From Candidatus Eiseniibacteriota bacterium (GTDB taxonomy: Bacteria > Eisenbacteria > RBG-16-71-46 > CAZAMP01), in the NCBI GenBank assembly GCA_965224245.1, contig OZ245046.1, forward strand, positions 5,952,001-6,016,000: a DNA stretch of 64,000 nt, read 5' to 3'. A program made the translations under genes and the position numbers. The notes beneath the pieces were generated by a model that worked only from the letters and a program-made list of their open reading frames with translations, had not been told where the DNA came from and made no database searches. Shown here in pieces: positions 1 to 9,056 of the stretch. Each line of letters starts with the position of its first letter. Position 1 is the stretch's first letter.

Positions 1-43
1 GCGCGACCTCCCGGGCCCAGAGGGCGAGCATGAGTGCATCCAT
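1..43 (-). CDS. 5' end of a gene running off the left edge (MDALMLALWAREVA...), product unknown
   Basis: ATG at 43 on the - strand, open to the window edge; a TACCCT -10-like hexamer lies 8 nt upstream. Too short to assign. Confidence 0.3.
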   Translation of the reverse strand, partial: MDALMLALWAREVA

Positions 44-242
44 GGCGCGCGAGGGTACACCGCGCCTGCCGTCGGCGTCAGCCTCGAACGCCGGCCGGAC
101 GTCTCCGCGGCGAAGGCCGGTGCGGGCGCCGCGGGATCGTGTCCCGCTCCGGTGGACTCGGCGGTGCCCGGCAGTGCGCGGTGTAGTATCGTGATCGGCT
201 CGCTCACGCACGTCACAGTCTGCTCACGCGGGATGGAATGCC

Positions 243-3032
243 GTGAAGACCTCAGTCCGCCATGTCGCCACGCGCGCGCACACGTCCGCGCGCCGGGCCG
301 TTGCGCCCGTGTTCGCCGCCCTCTCGCTCGTGCTCGCCTGCGCTCCGGCCGAGGAGCCGGTCGCCGTCGAACTGCCCGATGAGGACTTCGTCGCCGAGAC
401 CACGCTCGAGAACGGGCTCCGGGTTCTCGTGGCCGAGGTGCCCGGAAGCGGGATGTTCGCGTCCAACGTGTTCATCCGCGCCGGCGCGATGCGCGAGACG
501 CCGGAGCTGAGCGGGGCCGCGCACTTCCTCGAGCACCTTCTCTTCAATGGCACGACCTCGCGCACGCAGGAGGAGCTCTACGACGACGTGGATCGGATCG
601 GCGGCTACAACAACGCGTCCACCCGGCCGGACTACGCGGTGTTCATGTTCGTGGCCGGCACCGATGTGATCGCCGACGCGCTCGACATCCAGTCCGACAT
701 GCTCTTCCGATCGACGCTGCCGCCCGCGAAGTTCGAGAAGGAGCGCGGCATCGTGCTGGAGGAGATCGCGAAGGACCGCTCGAATCCCTCGTACGCGGCC
801 TCCCTGGTGACCGACGAGATCCTGTACGCGGGCACGCCGTACGCCCGTCCCGTGCTCGGGACAGAGGCGTCCATCAAGGGGCTCTCGTACGACGGAGTCG
901 AGGCGTACTACCACCGGTACTACGTGCCGTCGAACATGACGCTCCTCTTGATGGGCGATCTCCCTCGCGAGGAGCTCCTGGCCCAGGCGCGGACGACGTT
1001 CGGGGCGGTCGAGGCCGACGCGCATCCGGAGGCCCCCCAGCCCCTGCCGCCGCTGGCGGAGACCCGGATCGTGGCCCGCAAGGTGGACGACACCACGAAC
1101 CGGGTCACGGTGCGCCTTCCGGCGCCCGGCCCGGGGGACGACGCGTTCGCCGCGGTGGAGCTCCTGACCGACATCGTCGCGTCCGGCGACGGCTCACGGA
1201 TCCGTCGGGCCATGGACGCCGACCCCGCAGTCGGCGTGCAGGGTGTGGGAGGCGGTCTCGTCCACGTGGGCGGTCGGACGTTTCTGGACGTCTCGATCGA
1301 GCTGAGCGATCCCGGGATGATCGAGCCCGCGGTCGCGCGCGTGCTCGGCGAGCTCCATCGCGTTCGCGACGGCGGGGTGACCGCGGCCGAGCTGGCGGCG
1401 GCCAAGGTGTCGCGTCGCACCGAAGAGGCGTCGCTCCGCGAGCAGATCCACTACTACGGGTTCATGCGCGGCGACCTCGTGCGCACGGCGCCCGAGGGCT
1501 ATCTGAACTCGCAGCGGAGCCGCTACGCCGCGCTGACCACGGCCGACGTGGCCGGGGCCGCGCGCGCGTGGCTGGCCGCGCCGGTGGTGGAGGTCGTGGC
1601 CACCGGACCGGAGGTGGCCGAACGCGACGAGGCCGTCACCGCCGAGGCGCTGGGCTTCGCCACGCCGCCGGTGACGATCGAGATCTCCGACGGCGAGGTG
1701 GCCGCTGCCCCGCGCGTGCCTCCGCGCGCGAGCGAGGCGTCGGGGCCGACGATGACGACGCTCGAGGGCGGGCTTCGCCTGGTGACGGTGTCGAATCCGG
1801 CGTCGGACGTCCTGGCCGTGCACGTGATGGCGCTCGGTCGGTCCTACCTCGAGCCCGAGGGAAAGGACGGCATCACCGACTTTCTGCACCGCCTCCTGAC
1901 CCGCGGCGCGGGTGAGCTCTCGAAGCACGAGCTGGCCACGCGCCTCGACGCGATCGGGGCCACGATCAAGACGCACGACGCGGGCTTCATCCCGTACGAC
2001 GACTACTACACGACGCCCGAGTTCTCCTACGTGCGCATGGGCGCGCTGGACGAGTTCCACGAGGAGGCGTTCGCCCTGCTCGGCGACATGATCGCCCGGC
2101 CGCGGCTCACGGCCGACGAGATCGAGCAGGCCCGGTCCGAGCTCCTGGCGCAGGCGGAGAAGGACGCGCGCTCCCCGAACACGATCGCGTCCCGGGCGTT
2201 TCGCCGGGCGCTGTGGGGCGATGACGATCGCGGGGCCCGGCCGATCGGGGGCACCGCCGAGACGATCGCGTCGATCACCCGCGAGGATCTCGTGGCCCAT
2301 CACGCGCGCGTGATGGCACCGTCGAACCTCGTGGTGACCGTGGTCACCGGGATGCCGAGCGACGTCGTCGAGTCGGCCGTGTCGTCCTGGTTCGACGGGA
2401 CCGGCGGAGCCGGGGCGGGTGCTGGTGGGGCGTCGGGGGACCCCGGCACGCCGTGGTCGCGTGAGACGAGCACGCGTCCCCCGGTGGGTGGCGAGCCCAC
2501 GACGGTTCGGCTGGCCGTGGATGCCCAGCAGAGCTCGATCTACCTCGGGTACGCGATGCAGGTGGCCCCGGACGATTTCCCGGCGCTCCGCGTGGCCACG
2601 ATGCTGTTGTCGGATCGGATGGCGTTTCAGCTCCGGGAGCGCCAGGGGCTGGCCTACTCGATCGGGGCGTCCCTGACCACGTGGAAGGACCGGGGCGTCC
2701 TCACCGCGCGCATGGGCACGCGCGCCGACAACGTGGATCTCGCCCTGCGCGGGATGGCGGCCCAGCTGGATTCGCTGGCGGTGACTCCGGAGGACGACGC
2801 CAAGGTGGCGCTCGCGGTGAACGCGCGCATCGGGCGCACGCGGATGCGCGGGATCACACGGATGGGTCAGGCGTACGCGCTGGCGATGGACGTCCTGATG
2901 GATCGGGAGCTGGGCACGCGCACGGAGCGTCTGATGAGTCTGGACGAGGTGAGCGCGGACGACGTGAGGCGGGTGGCGGAGACGTACGTCGCATCGGATC
3001 GAGCCGACCGGGTCATCGTGACCCCGGAGTAG
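243..3032 (+). CDS. M16 (insulinase/pitrilysin) family zinc peptidase, fused two-half architecture, probable lipoprotein
   Basis: Inverted zinc motif HFLEH in G-A-A-HFLEHLLF. The second half has degenerate DFLHRLL and the C-terminal R/Y pair LRERQGLAYS. Hydrophobic N-terminus ending LSLVLAC is lipobox-like. Confidence 0.92.
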   Translation: MKTSVRHVATRAHTSARRAVAPVFAALSLVLACAPAEEPVAVELPDEDFVAETTLENGLRVLVAEVPGSGMFASNVFIRAGAMRETPELSGAAHFLEHLLFNGTTSRTQEELYDDVDRIGGYNNASTRPDYAVFMFVAGTDVIADALDIQSDMLFRSTLPPAKFEKERGIVLEEIAKDRSNPSYAASLVTDEILYAGTPYARPVLGTEASIKGLSYDGVEAYYHRYYVPSNMTLLLMGDLPREELLAQARTTFGAVEADAHPEAPQPLPPLAETRIVARKVDDTTNRVTVRLPAPGPGDDAFAAVELLTDIVASGDGSRIRRAMDADPAVGVQGVGGGLVHVGGRTFLDVSIELSDPGMIEPAVARVLGELHRVRDGGVTAAELAAAKVSRRTEEASLREQIHYYGFMRGDLVRTAPEGYLNSQRSRYAALTTADVAGAARAWLAAPVVEVVATGPEVAERDEAVTAEALGFATPPVTIEISDGEVAAAPRVPPRASEASGPTMTTLEGGLRLVTVSNPASDVLAVHVMALGRSYLEPEGKDGITDFLHRLLTRGAGELSKHELATRLDAIGATIKTHDAGFIPYDDYYTTPEFSYVRMGALDEFHEEAFALLGDMIARPRLTADEIEQARSELLAQAEKDARSPNTIASRAFRRALWGDDDRGARPIGGTAETIASITREDLVAHHARVMAPSNLVVTVVTGMPSDVVESAVSSWFDGTGGAGAGAGGASGDPGTPWSRETSTRPPVGGEPTTVRLAVDAQQSSIYLGYAMQVAPDDFPALRVATMLLSDRMAFQLRERQGLAYSIGASLTTWKDRGVLTARMGTRADNVDLALRGMAAQLDSLAVTPEDDAKVALAVNARIGRTRMRGITRMGQAYALAMDVLMDRELGTRTERLMSLDEVSADDVRRVAETYVASDRADRVIVTPE

Positions 3033-3104
3033 CAAGCGCGCGAACGGCGGTGGCGAGCGCGAGCCCGCGGCCCGCGTCGCCACCAGCCTGGATGCGCGGA
3101 ACGA

Positions 3105-3602
3105 CTATCCTTCCGCGTAAACGCCCTCCATCATCGCGACCATCTCGCGCCACATCATCTCCATCTTCGCGATCTCCGCCTGCACGGCCGGATCCTCGGA
3201 CGTCACGGCCATGATGTCGCCCATCGAGGTGTTGCCCATGTGCATGGTCCCGCCGGCGGCCATGATGTTGCGGAATGCCTGACATCGCGTGCAGAGGTGC
3301 GCGGCCGCGTCGGCGTCGGACATCTTCATCGCCTCCATGCCCGCCGCCTCCATCTCGGCGCCGACCGCGTGGTACTCCTTCACGAGGTCCGCCGAGTCGA
3401 CGGTGCAGACGACCGCCATGCCGTCGTTGAGCGTGACCACCTCCGACGAGACGTGCGGACCGAGCGTCTCCATGTGCGGGACCATGTGGCTGCACACGGC
3501 GCACTTCTGCATCTCGGCCATCATGCCTTCCATGGTCGGCCCCGCCTGTGCGGAGACCGAGACCACGAGCGCGGTCGCGAGGAGTGCAACAATCCTTTTC
3601 AT
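3105..3602 (-). CDS. Secreted Met-rich protein with two CxxC motifs, 165 aa, function unknown
   Basis: ATG at 3602 with GGAGG upstream (the ORF-track start at 3923 is too far upstream). Signal peptide MKRIVALLATALVVSVSAQA; CAVCSH and HLCTRC motifs; 23 Met counted. Confidence 0.8.
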   Translation of the reverse strand: MKRIVALLATALVVSVSAQAGPTMEGMMAEMQKCAVCSHMVPHMETLGPHVSSEVVTLNDGMAVVCTVDSADLVKEYHAVGAEMEAAGMEAMKMSDADAAAHLCTRCQAFRNIMAAGGTMHMGNTSMGDIMAVTSEDPAVQAEIAKMEMMWREMVAMMEGVYAEG

Positions 3603-3671
3603 CGGCGTCCTCCGGTTGACGTCCTGAAACCGTTTGTGACCCGCCACGCTCGCCGAGCGGGTGTGTACGGT

Positions 3672-3687
3672 GTGCAATCGATAGCAC
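3672..3687. promoter_or_regulatory. 16-bp near-palindrome, candidate operator upstream of the Met-rich gene
   Basis: GTGCAATCGATAGCAC is self-complementary at 14/16 positions and lies about 70 nt upstream of the 3602 start. Confidence 0.3.
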
Positions 3688-3894
3688 GGGCGGGCGCGCT
3701 CGTCACACGGGAACGTCCAGTATCTCGGGAGTCGAATATGCAGAGACCTGCAGGTCGTGATCTCCTGCGCGACCGTTGAGGCGGCATCGGGCGAGTCCCG
3801 AGGCCGGCTTCTCGCCCGCCGCCGGTCATCCAGCGATCGATCTCCCCGCCCACATCCGTGAGCACCGCTGACCGTGCCAGGGAGACCACGCACG

Positions 3895-3940
3895 AATGAT
3901 CTTCTACTCATTTTCAGATTCATAGTATTCTAATTTCGGA
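3895..3940 (+). promoter_or_regulatory. AT-rich promoter-like tract at the left end of the lower-GC cassette
   Basis: atgatcttctactcattttcagattcatagtattctaatttcgg is the most AT-rich stretch I saw. It has TAGTAT/TATTCT -10-like hexamers upstream of the 4065 gene. Confidence 0.45.
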
Positions 3941-4064
3941 TGTCGACGGTAGAGGGCCGGACGATCTGGCCACGATGCCGGGACGCTCCGCGGGCGGCCG
4001 CCATCGCCTAGCCGTGGCCGACCCGAAGTCGAGCCGTTGCCATGCCTGCGGAGGGGGAGTTCGG

Positions 4065-5063
4065 ATGAAGCTGGGGATCGTCGTTGCCACGCTGATCATG
4101 ATGGGCGGCCAGCCGTGCCTGGCCGGAACCGATCGCGTTCCTGGGCGCGAGTTCACGGCGCACACCCGGTCGTACGCGGACCTCACCGAGCATCTCGACT
4201 TTCGGCTGCTCCTGGCACACTGGCGATCGGAGCTGCCCGATCGCATGGGAACCAATCGCGATGATCTCCTGCTGGCGAGTCCCTTCCTCCGATGGCGCGC
4301 ACGACAGGACCTGCTGTCCCACATCCGGCGACAGCCCGGAGCGAGCCGGGACGATGCCTGGCTGAGGCGAGCACACGAGCTCGCGGAATGGACGTTCACG
4401 GCCATCCGGATCGCATCGCGTCCGATCTACGCCGACGGCCGGACGATCGACTGGGCGGCGCGATACCCCGATGGCTGGCCCCTCGTGATCGGTCCCCAGG
4501 AAATGTACGACCTGGTCGAGATCGAGGACGTTTTCCGGAGCGCCCGGAGGGACTGGATCGAGAGGTTCGAGCACGAGGGAGAGCTCCCCGCCGGAACCGC
4601 CGATCTCGTGACCTCGGCCAGAACCGACGACGAGATCCGGCGAGGGTTCGCGGCCCTCATGGCCGCCGAGTTCACGTTCACTGCACACGTTCGATCCTAC
4701 GAAGGCCTTCGGTCCTACGTGATCGCGATCGGCGACTCCACGCTGACGAACGCGCAGCGCTGGAAGAATCGACTCGGAGCCCTCGAGCTCGCGTGGGCCG
4801 CGCACCGCTACCCGATCCGGCGCGATCGGATCGGTGAGAAGCGCATCACCGCACGCGATCTGCCCTGGATCCTCCGCGCGATCGAGCTCGTGAAGTGGAA
4901 ACGTCTCCGGATCTCCGACGATCCGGTGGATGCGGTCTGGGCGTCGACCGTGGTGCTCGGCCCTCAGGAGATCGCCGATCTCGATGAGATCGAGCGCGTG
5001 TTCACGGCCGAGGAGGAGGAGATGAAGTGCCCGGAGTCCAGCGCCAATCGACCATGCCCATGA
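4065..5063 (+). CDS. Secreted hypothetical protein A with an internal two-fold domain repeat
   Basis: ATG 4065 after GGAGGGGGAG; signal peptide MKLGIVVATLIMMGGQPCLA. Repeated motifs FTAHTRSY/FTAHVRSY, RAHELAEW/RAIELVKW and GPQEMYDLVEIEDVF/GPQEIADLDEIERVF. Confidence 0.8.
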   Translation: MKLGIVVATLIMMGGQPCLAGTDRVPGREFTAHTRSYADLTEHLDFRLLLAHWRSELPDRMGTNRDDLLLASPFLRWRARQDLLSHIRRQPGASRDDAWLRRAHELAEWTFTAIRIASRPIYADGRTIDWAARYPDGWPLVIGPQEMYDLVEIEDVFRSARRDWIERFEHEGELPAGTADLVTSARTDDEIRRGFAALMAAEFTFTAHVRSYEGLRSYVIAIGDSTLTNAQRWKNRLGALELAWAAHRYPIRRDRIGEKRITARDLPWILRAIELVKWKRLRISDDPVDAVWASTVVLGPQEIADLDEIERVFTAEEEEMKCPESSANRPCP

Positions 5064-5072
5064 TGGAGCACC

Positions 5073-6149
5073 GTGCTCGTGAAGACTGACACACCATCAC
5101 TCTCGAGGAGAAGTCGCAGGTGCGTCGCAGGGATTACGGTGATTGTCATCGGGGGGATCCTCTCGGTTCAAGCCCCGGTCTTGGGAGCCGACCTCGGCCT
5201 GTTCCCGGACGGGACCTTCACGCCACACTCCCGTCCCTATGAAGACCTTGCCCCGTTCGCGGACTATCAGCTGGCCGCGGATGCGCTGTCGTCCGCGTGG
5301 ACGCATTGCGCACTGGGTGAGCGTCTCGACGAGCTGTTCCTGACCGATCCGATCGTCTGCTGCCGCAGTCGCCGGACACTGCTGGCCATGGTGCAGCTGC
5401 CCGAGGGCTCCGAGAACCGTGACTGGATCAAGCGAGCGCACGAGCTCCTTTCGTGGATGTGCACCACGGTAGGCGTCGCGACACGGCCGCGACACGACGG
5501 AGCCAGCGCGATCGATTGGGGTCGCTTCCCCGGGGATTGGCCCGCCTCGATCGAGCCGCAGGATCTGTTCGATCTCCTGGAGATCGAGCGGGCGATGGAC
5601 GCCGCGAAGTGGGCCTGGGTCGACGAGAGCGAGGCGTCGGGGACTCTCCCGGCAGGTACGCGATACATGCTCGACACGGCCCGTGATGACGAAGAGATCC
5701 GTCGAGGGCTCGCCGTGCTTCTCGCCCGCGACTTTCGGTTCACCCCGCACACACGTCCGTATGCGGACATCGCTGACTACGTGTCGGTCGAGGGTTGCGA
5801 ATGGGACCAAACGGAAACACAACGGTGGAGCCGACGCCTCTCCGCGTTGATGCGCGCTCGAGCCGTCCCTCGCTTCCCGTTTCTTGCGCAGTTCGCGCCC
5901 GCGGCGAAGCTCCTCGCGCCGGAGGACCAGAGCTGGATGGACCGAGCAGTCGAGCTCGTCACGTGGCAGGGGATGCAACTCACAAATGATCCGGTCAGTG
6001 AGATCTGGATCGAGATGGTCACGCTGGGTCCGGGTGAGTCTCACGATCTCGATGTGATCGAACAAGTCTTCACAGCAGCTGAATCGATTCAACGCAATGC
6101 CTCGAATGGCTCTAGCCATACGAATCTCCGCTCTTCTTCTCATGACTAA
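5073..6149 (+). CDS. Secreted hypothetical protein B, paralog of protein A with the same two-fold repeat
   Basis: GTG after GGAG; basic n-region plus hydrophobic stretch. Motifs FTPHSRPY/FTPHTRPY, RAHELLSW/RAVELVTW and EPQDLFDLLEIERAM/GPGESHDLDVIEQVF. Linker LPAGT..ARDDEEIRRG is shared with protein A. Confidence 0.8.
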   Translation: MLVKTDTPSLSRRSRRCVAGITVIVIGGILSVQAPVLGADLGLFPDGTFTPHSRPYEDLAPFADYQLAADALSSAWTHCALGERLDELFLTDPIVCCRSRRTLLAMVQLPEGSENRDWIKRAHELLSWMCTTVGVATRPRHDGASAIDWGRFPGDWPASIEPQDLFDLLEIERAMDAAKWAWVDESEASGTLPAGTRYMLDTARDDEEIRRGLAVLLARDFRFTPHTRPYADIADYVSVEGCEWDQTETQRWSRRLSALMRARAVPRFPFLAQFAPAAKLLAPEDQSWMDRAVELVTWQGMQLTNDPVSEIWIEMVTLGPGESHDLDVIEQVFTAAESIQRNASNGSSHTNLRSSSHD

Positions 6150-6151
6150 GG

Positions 6152-8941
6152 ATGACAGACATGAAGACAGGTCATCTCGTTGCAACTTTGGGGTTCATCA
6201 CTTCGCTCGGATTCGCCAGGTCTTCCGACGCCGACATCGGGGTGGGCATTGCAGGGTATGAGGTTGACTATGTACGGCTGGACGAGCAGGAGTCCAGCTG
6301 CGTGGCCGGATGCGATCAGTGCGTACCCGAGACGATCTCCTCGTTCTCGGGAGTGACGGCATGTGGGCCAGGCTATCCCTGCGGATTTCTTGGAGATTGC
6401 CGAGCGTGCAATGGCTTATGTAGCAGGTCGTTGTCATTCGAGAAGCGTGACGGTGGCTTGTCTGTGCCCACGTGGGGGATCTTCTTCGTGCACAGCCCCG
6501 ACGACTTCGACGGAAACCTCGAGGCCTGCAGGCAACGCGTGCTCGACGTGTACTGCACCGCTGGGGTAATCCCCATCCACGGTGCATACAAGAAGTTCCT
6601 GGATCTGGAAGTCGACGCAATCCCCGGCGATGGAGCGGAATCGTACGCCGACCTGGGCCGGGATCCCCTCTTCATGGGAGAGGCCGCGACACAGGAACCG
6701 CTCTCGGGCGCTTTCGCAACCGCCATGCAGCAGCGAATGGGGGTCCTTGCAAAGATCGTTCGCGACCTCGGGGTGCCGGCGCGTCGAGCAGATCCCGGGA
6801 CACTGGAGTACTACGAGCGTGCATTGACGATTTGCTGTTGGGCGTGGGTGAACGACTGGAGTCCGTATGGGAGCATTACGCCAACGGACATTGGCTTTGA
6901 GTCTGATCTCCCGTCTCAGGCAGCACGTCGACAGATTCGTGAAATCCTCGTGGCGACGTGCGGCGATCCTCTCTTCGGCGACTGCGACGCGATCCCATCC
7001 GACGACGACCCCGCGGCCAGCGTCGGCGGCTTCGACGTGGCCGACGACGAGACCGCGCGCTTCTCCGTGCTCGACGAGTACGACACCGCCGGCTACGTCC
7101 TCCGCGGCGTCGGCGACGCCGGGGAGACCCTGCACGAGGTCGACGTCCCCGCCGGCGTCGGACGCCGCGTCGTCGATCTCGAGGGACTCGAGGCCCCGAT
7201 CTGGACGCTCCACGAAATCGAAGGGAACGGAGACGAGCGCCTCGTCGACCGCGTGACGCCCCAGCCGCTCGTGTCGCCGCCGCCGGCCGACCCGCTCGAC
7301 GCGACGCGACTGCGGACCCGGGTCGACTCGCTCCTCACGCTGCACCTCCAGACGTGGGGGCACACCGAGCCCAGCCCCGCCGAGCGCGTGGCCGTTTATG
7401 CCCGGCAGTCGCTCACCGCCGATCTCGAGGCGTTCTACGCCGCGTTCTGGGAGTCTCCACCCTGGGGCTACGACGTCGACGTGGTCCCGGTCGAGCCATT
7501 CGGCTCCGTGGTGCCCTTCGAGGATCCGATCGCATTCCGAGAAGCGTTGGGAGACGACATCGCCGCACGCTACGCCGCGGGCACGCGCCACTTCATGCTC
7601 GTCGGCGACGCCAACGATCACGTCGCGTTCGCGCAGTCGGGCGAGCGCCACGACGAGACCTGGGGCGTGGGGGAGTGGCCGTCGATCTGGGCGGGCCAGG
7701 TGGCGGCCGGCGCATCGCCGGACGGTCAGCCCGAGCGCGACGTCATCCCGATGTGGCTCGTGCCCGATACGGCGCCGCGGGGCGAGGGCCTCGCCTGGGT
7801 CAGCCCATACTTCATGAGCGACGCCCCGTATCGCCCGGCCGACGATGCGGTCCTGACGCGTCTGCCGGTCGTCACCAGCGAGGAGCTCCTCGCGTGGCTG
7901 TACAAGGAGCTCGTGGTCGCCGATCGCTTCCTCGCGGTCGGAAACGACTCGCGTCCGAGCCGGGTCACGCTGCTGGTCGGGGACCGCAATCACGGAGACC
8001 CCGACGAGCACGAGTGGGCCCGACAGATCGGTGACGACGTGGAGACGAGTCTCGCCGCAGAGGAGGTCGTGCGGCTGAACGAACGCGACTTCCCGGCCAC
8101 GTGCGATCGGACGACCGCGCTCCTGACCGACTGGAACTACGCTCGGCCCGAGCTCGTCGTGATCCCGGCCGCGACTCTGAGCAACCGGTACTTCCCGGGC
8201 AACTTCATGAGCACGCTCGACGAGACGTGCCCGTTCGGCGTCTCGCTGCTGGAGCCGTACGTGCTGCCGCCGCTCTTCCTCCAGACCTGCGACGTCGGCG
8301 ACCTCGCACGCACCGAGCAGACGCTGGAGGGCACGCCCGGCGGCACGATCCTCTCCCCGGTGACCGAGCAGATGCTGCTCGCCGATCCCGAGCGGGGCAC
8401 CGTGTTCGCATGGGGGCCCACGGCCGGCACGGTGCAGAGCCAGACCGAGATCCTGGCGCCGCTCGTGGTCGGCGAGCTCTTTGCCGGCGATCGATCCCGG
8501 ACGATCGCCGAGGTGGGGACCGCCGCCCTCGCCGGGTACACGGCCGAGCACGGCGCCGATCCGCTCACCGCTCGCGTGGCCTCGTCCATCGTGATGCTCG
8601 GGAGCCCGCTCACCCACTTCGCGTTCGACGAGGCGCTGACCGCGGGCACGCCGGACGGCGGCGTCGGGCCGCGCCGCATGCGGGTCGCGCCGAATCCGTT
8701 CAATCCCCGGGTACGCATTCGCGTGCACGTTCCCGCCGACGGTCGCGGCCGGCTGACCCTCTTCGACGCCGCCGGTCGCGAGGTCCGCTCGTTCGTCGCC
8801 GACGGCGCTCACCCGGGATCCAATCAGTTCGTGTGGGACGGGCTGGATCACGCGGGGCGCCGCGTGCCGTCCGGACGCTATTTCGCCCGATGGAAGACCA
8901 CCTCGGGATCGGAGACCGAGACGATCGTTCTGATCAGATGA
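6152..8941 (+). CDS. Secreted multidomain protein: Cys-rich N-terminal domain + Ig-like spacer + gingipain (C25)-like domain + C-terminal FlgD-Ig/T9SS-like sorting domain
   Basis: Signal peptide. C25-like motifs FMLVGD, SDAPY, TRLPV, LQTC..G.L, RGTVFAWGPT and MLGSP. C-terminus PNPFNP...LFDAAGREVR...WDGLDHAGRRVPSGRYF. About 14 Cys in the first ~275 aa. Start may be 6161. Confidence 0.8.
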   Translation: MTDMKTGHLVATLGFITSLGFARSSDADIGVGIAGYEVDYVRLDEQESSCVAGCDQCVPETISSFSGVTACGPGYPCGFLGDCRACNGLCSRSLSFEKRDGGLSVPTWGIFFVHSPDDFDGNLEACRQRVLDVYCTAGVIPIHGAYKKFLDLEVDAIPGDGAESYADLGRDPLFMGEAATQEPLSGAFATAMQQRMGVLAKIVRDLGVPARRADPGTLEYYERALTICCWAWVNDWSPYGSITPTDIGFESDLPSQAARRQIREILVATCGDPLFGDCDAIPSDDDPAASVGGFDVADDETARFSVLDEYDTAGYVLRGVGDAGETLHEVDVPAGVGRRVVDLEGLEAPIWTLHEIEGNGDERLVDRVTPQPLVSPPPADPLDATRLRTRVDSLLTLHLQTWGHTEPSPAERVAVYARQSLTADLEAFYAAFWESPPWGYDVDVVPVEPFGSVVPFEDPIAFREALGDDIAARYAAGTRHFMLVGDANDHVAFAQSGERHDETWGVGEWPSIWAGQVAAGASPDGQPERDVIPMWLVPDTAPRGEGLAWVSPYFMSDAPYRPADDAVLTRLPVVTSEELLAWLYKELVVADRFLAVGNDSRPSRVTLLVGDRNHGDPDEHEWARQIGDDVETSLAAEEVVRLNERDFPATCDRTTALLTDWNYARPELVVIPAATLSNRYFPGNFMSTLDETCPFGVSLLEPYVLPPLFLQTCDVGDLARTEQTLEGTPGGTILSPVTEQMLLADPERGTVFAWGPTAGTVQSQTEILAPLVVGELFAGDRSRTIAEVGTAALAGYTAEHGADPLTARVASSIVMLGSPLTHFAFDEALTAGTPDGGVGPRRMRVAPNPFNPRVRIRVHVPADGRGRLTLFDAAGREVRSFVADGAHPGSNQFVWDGLDHAGRRVPSGRYFARWKTTSGSETETIVLIR

Positions 8942-8946
8942 AGGAG

Positions 8947-9056
8947 ACGACCATGACGGGAACGATGACGGAAACGACGATGGCGGGTACGTCGATGACG
9001 AAGGCGAGAACGGCGAAGGCCACGATGACGAAGGCGATGACGAGAGCGACGATGCG
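8947..9056 (+). repeat. Degenerate 12-15 nt tandem repeat (core ACGATGACG) encoding T-M-T units
   Basis: In-frame ATGs at 8953, 8965, 8980, 8995, 9025, 9037 and 9052, spaced 12, 15 or 30 nt apart. Confidence 0.7.

Noticed and set aside
4065-6149. Possible DGR template/variable repeat pair
   Set aside because: Similarity is at protein level with mismatches at all bases, not adenine-specific; no reverse transcriptase in the window.
3895-6950. Lower-GC tract as a mobile element
   Set aside because: No integrase, transposase, tRNA or terminal repeats seen; treated as a recombined cassette instead.
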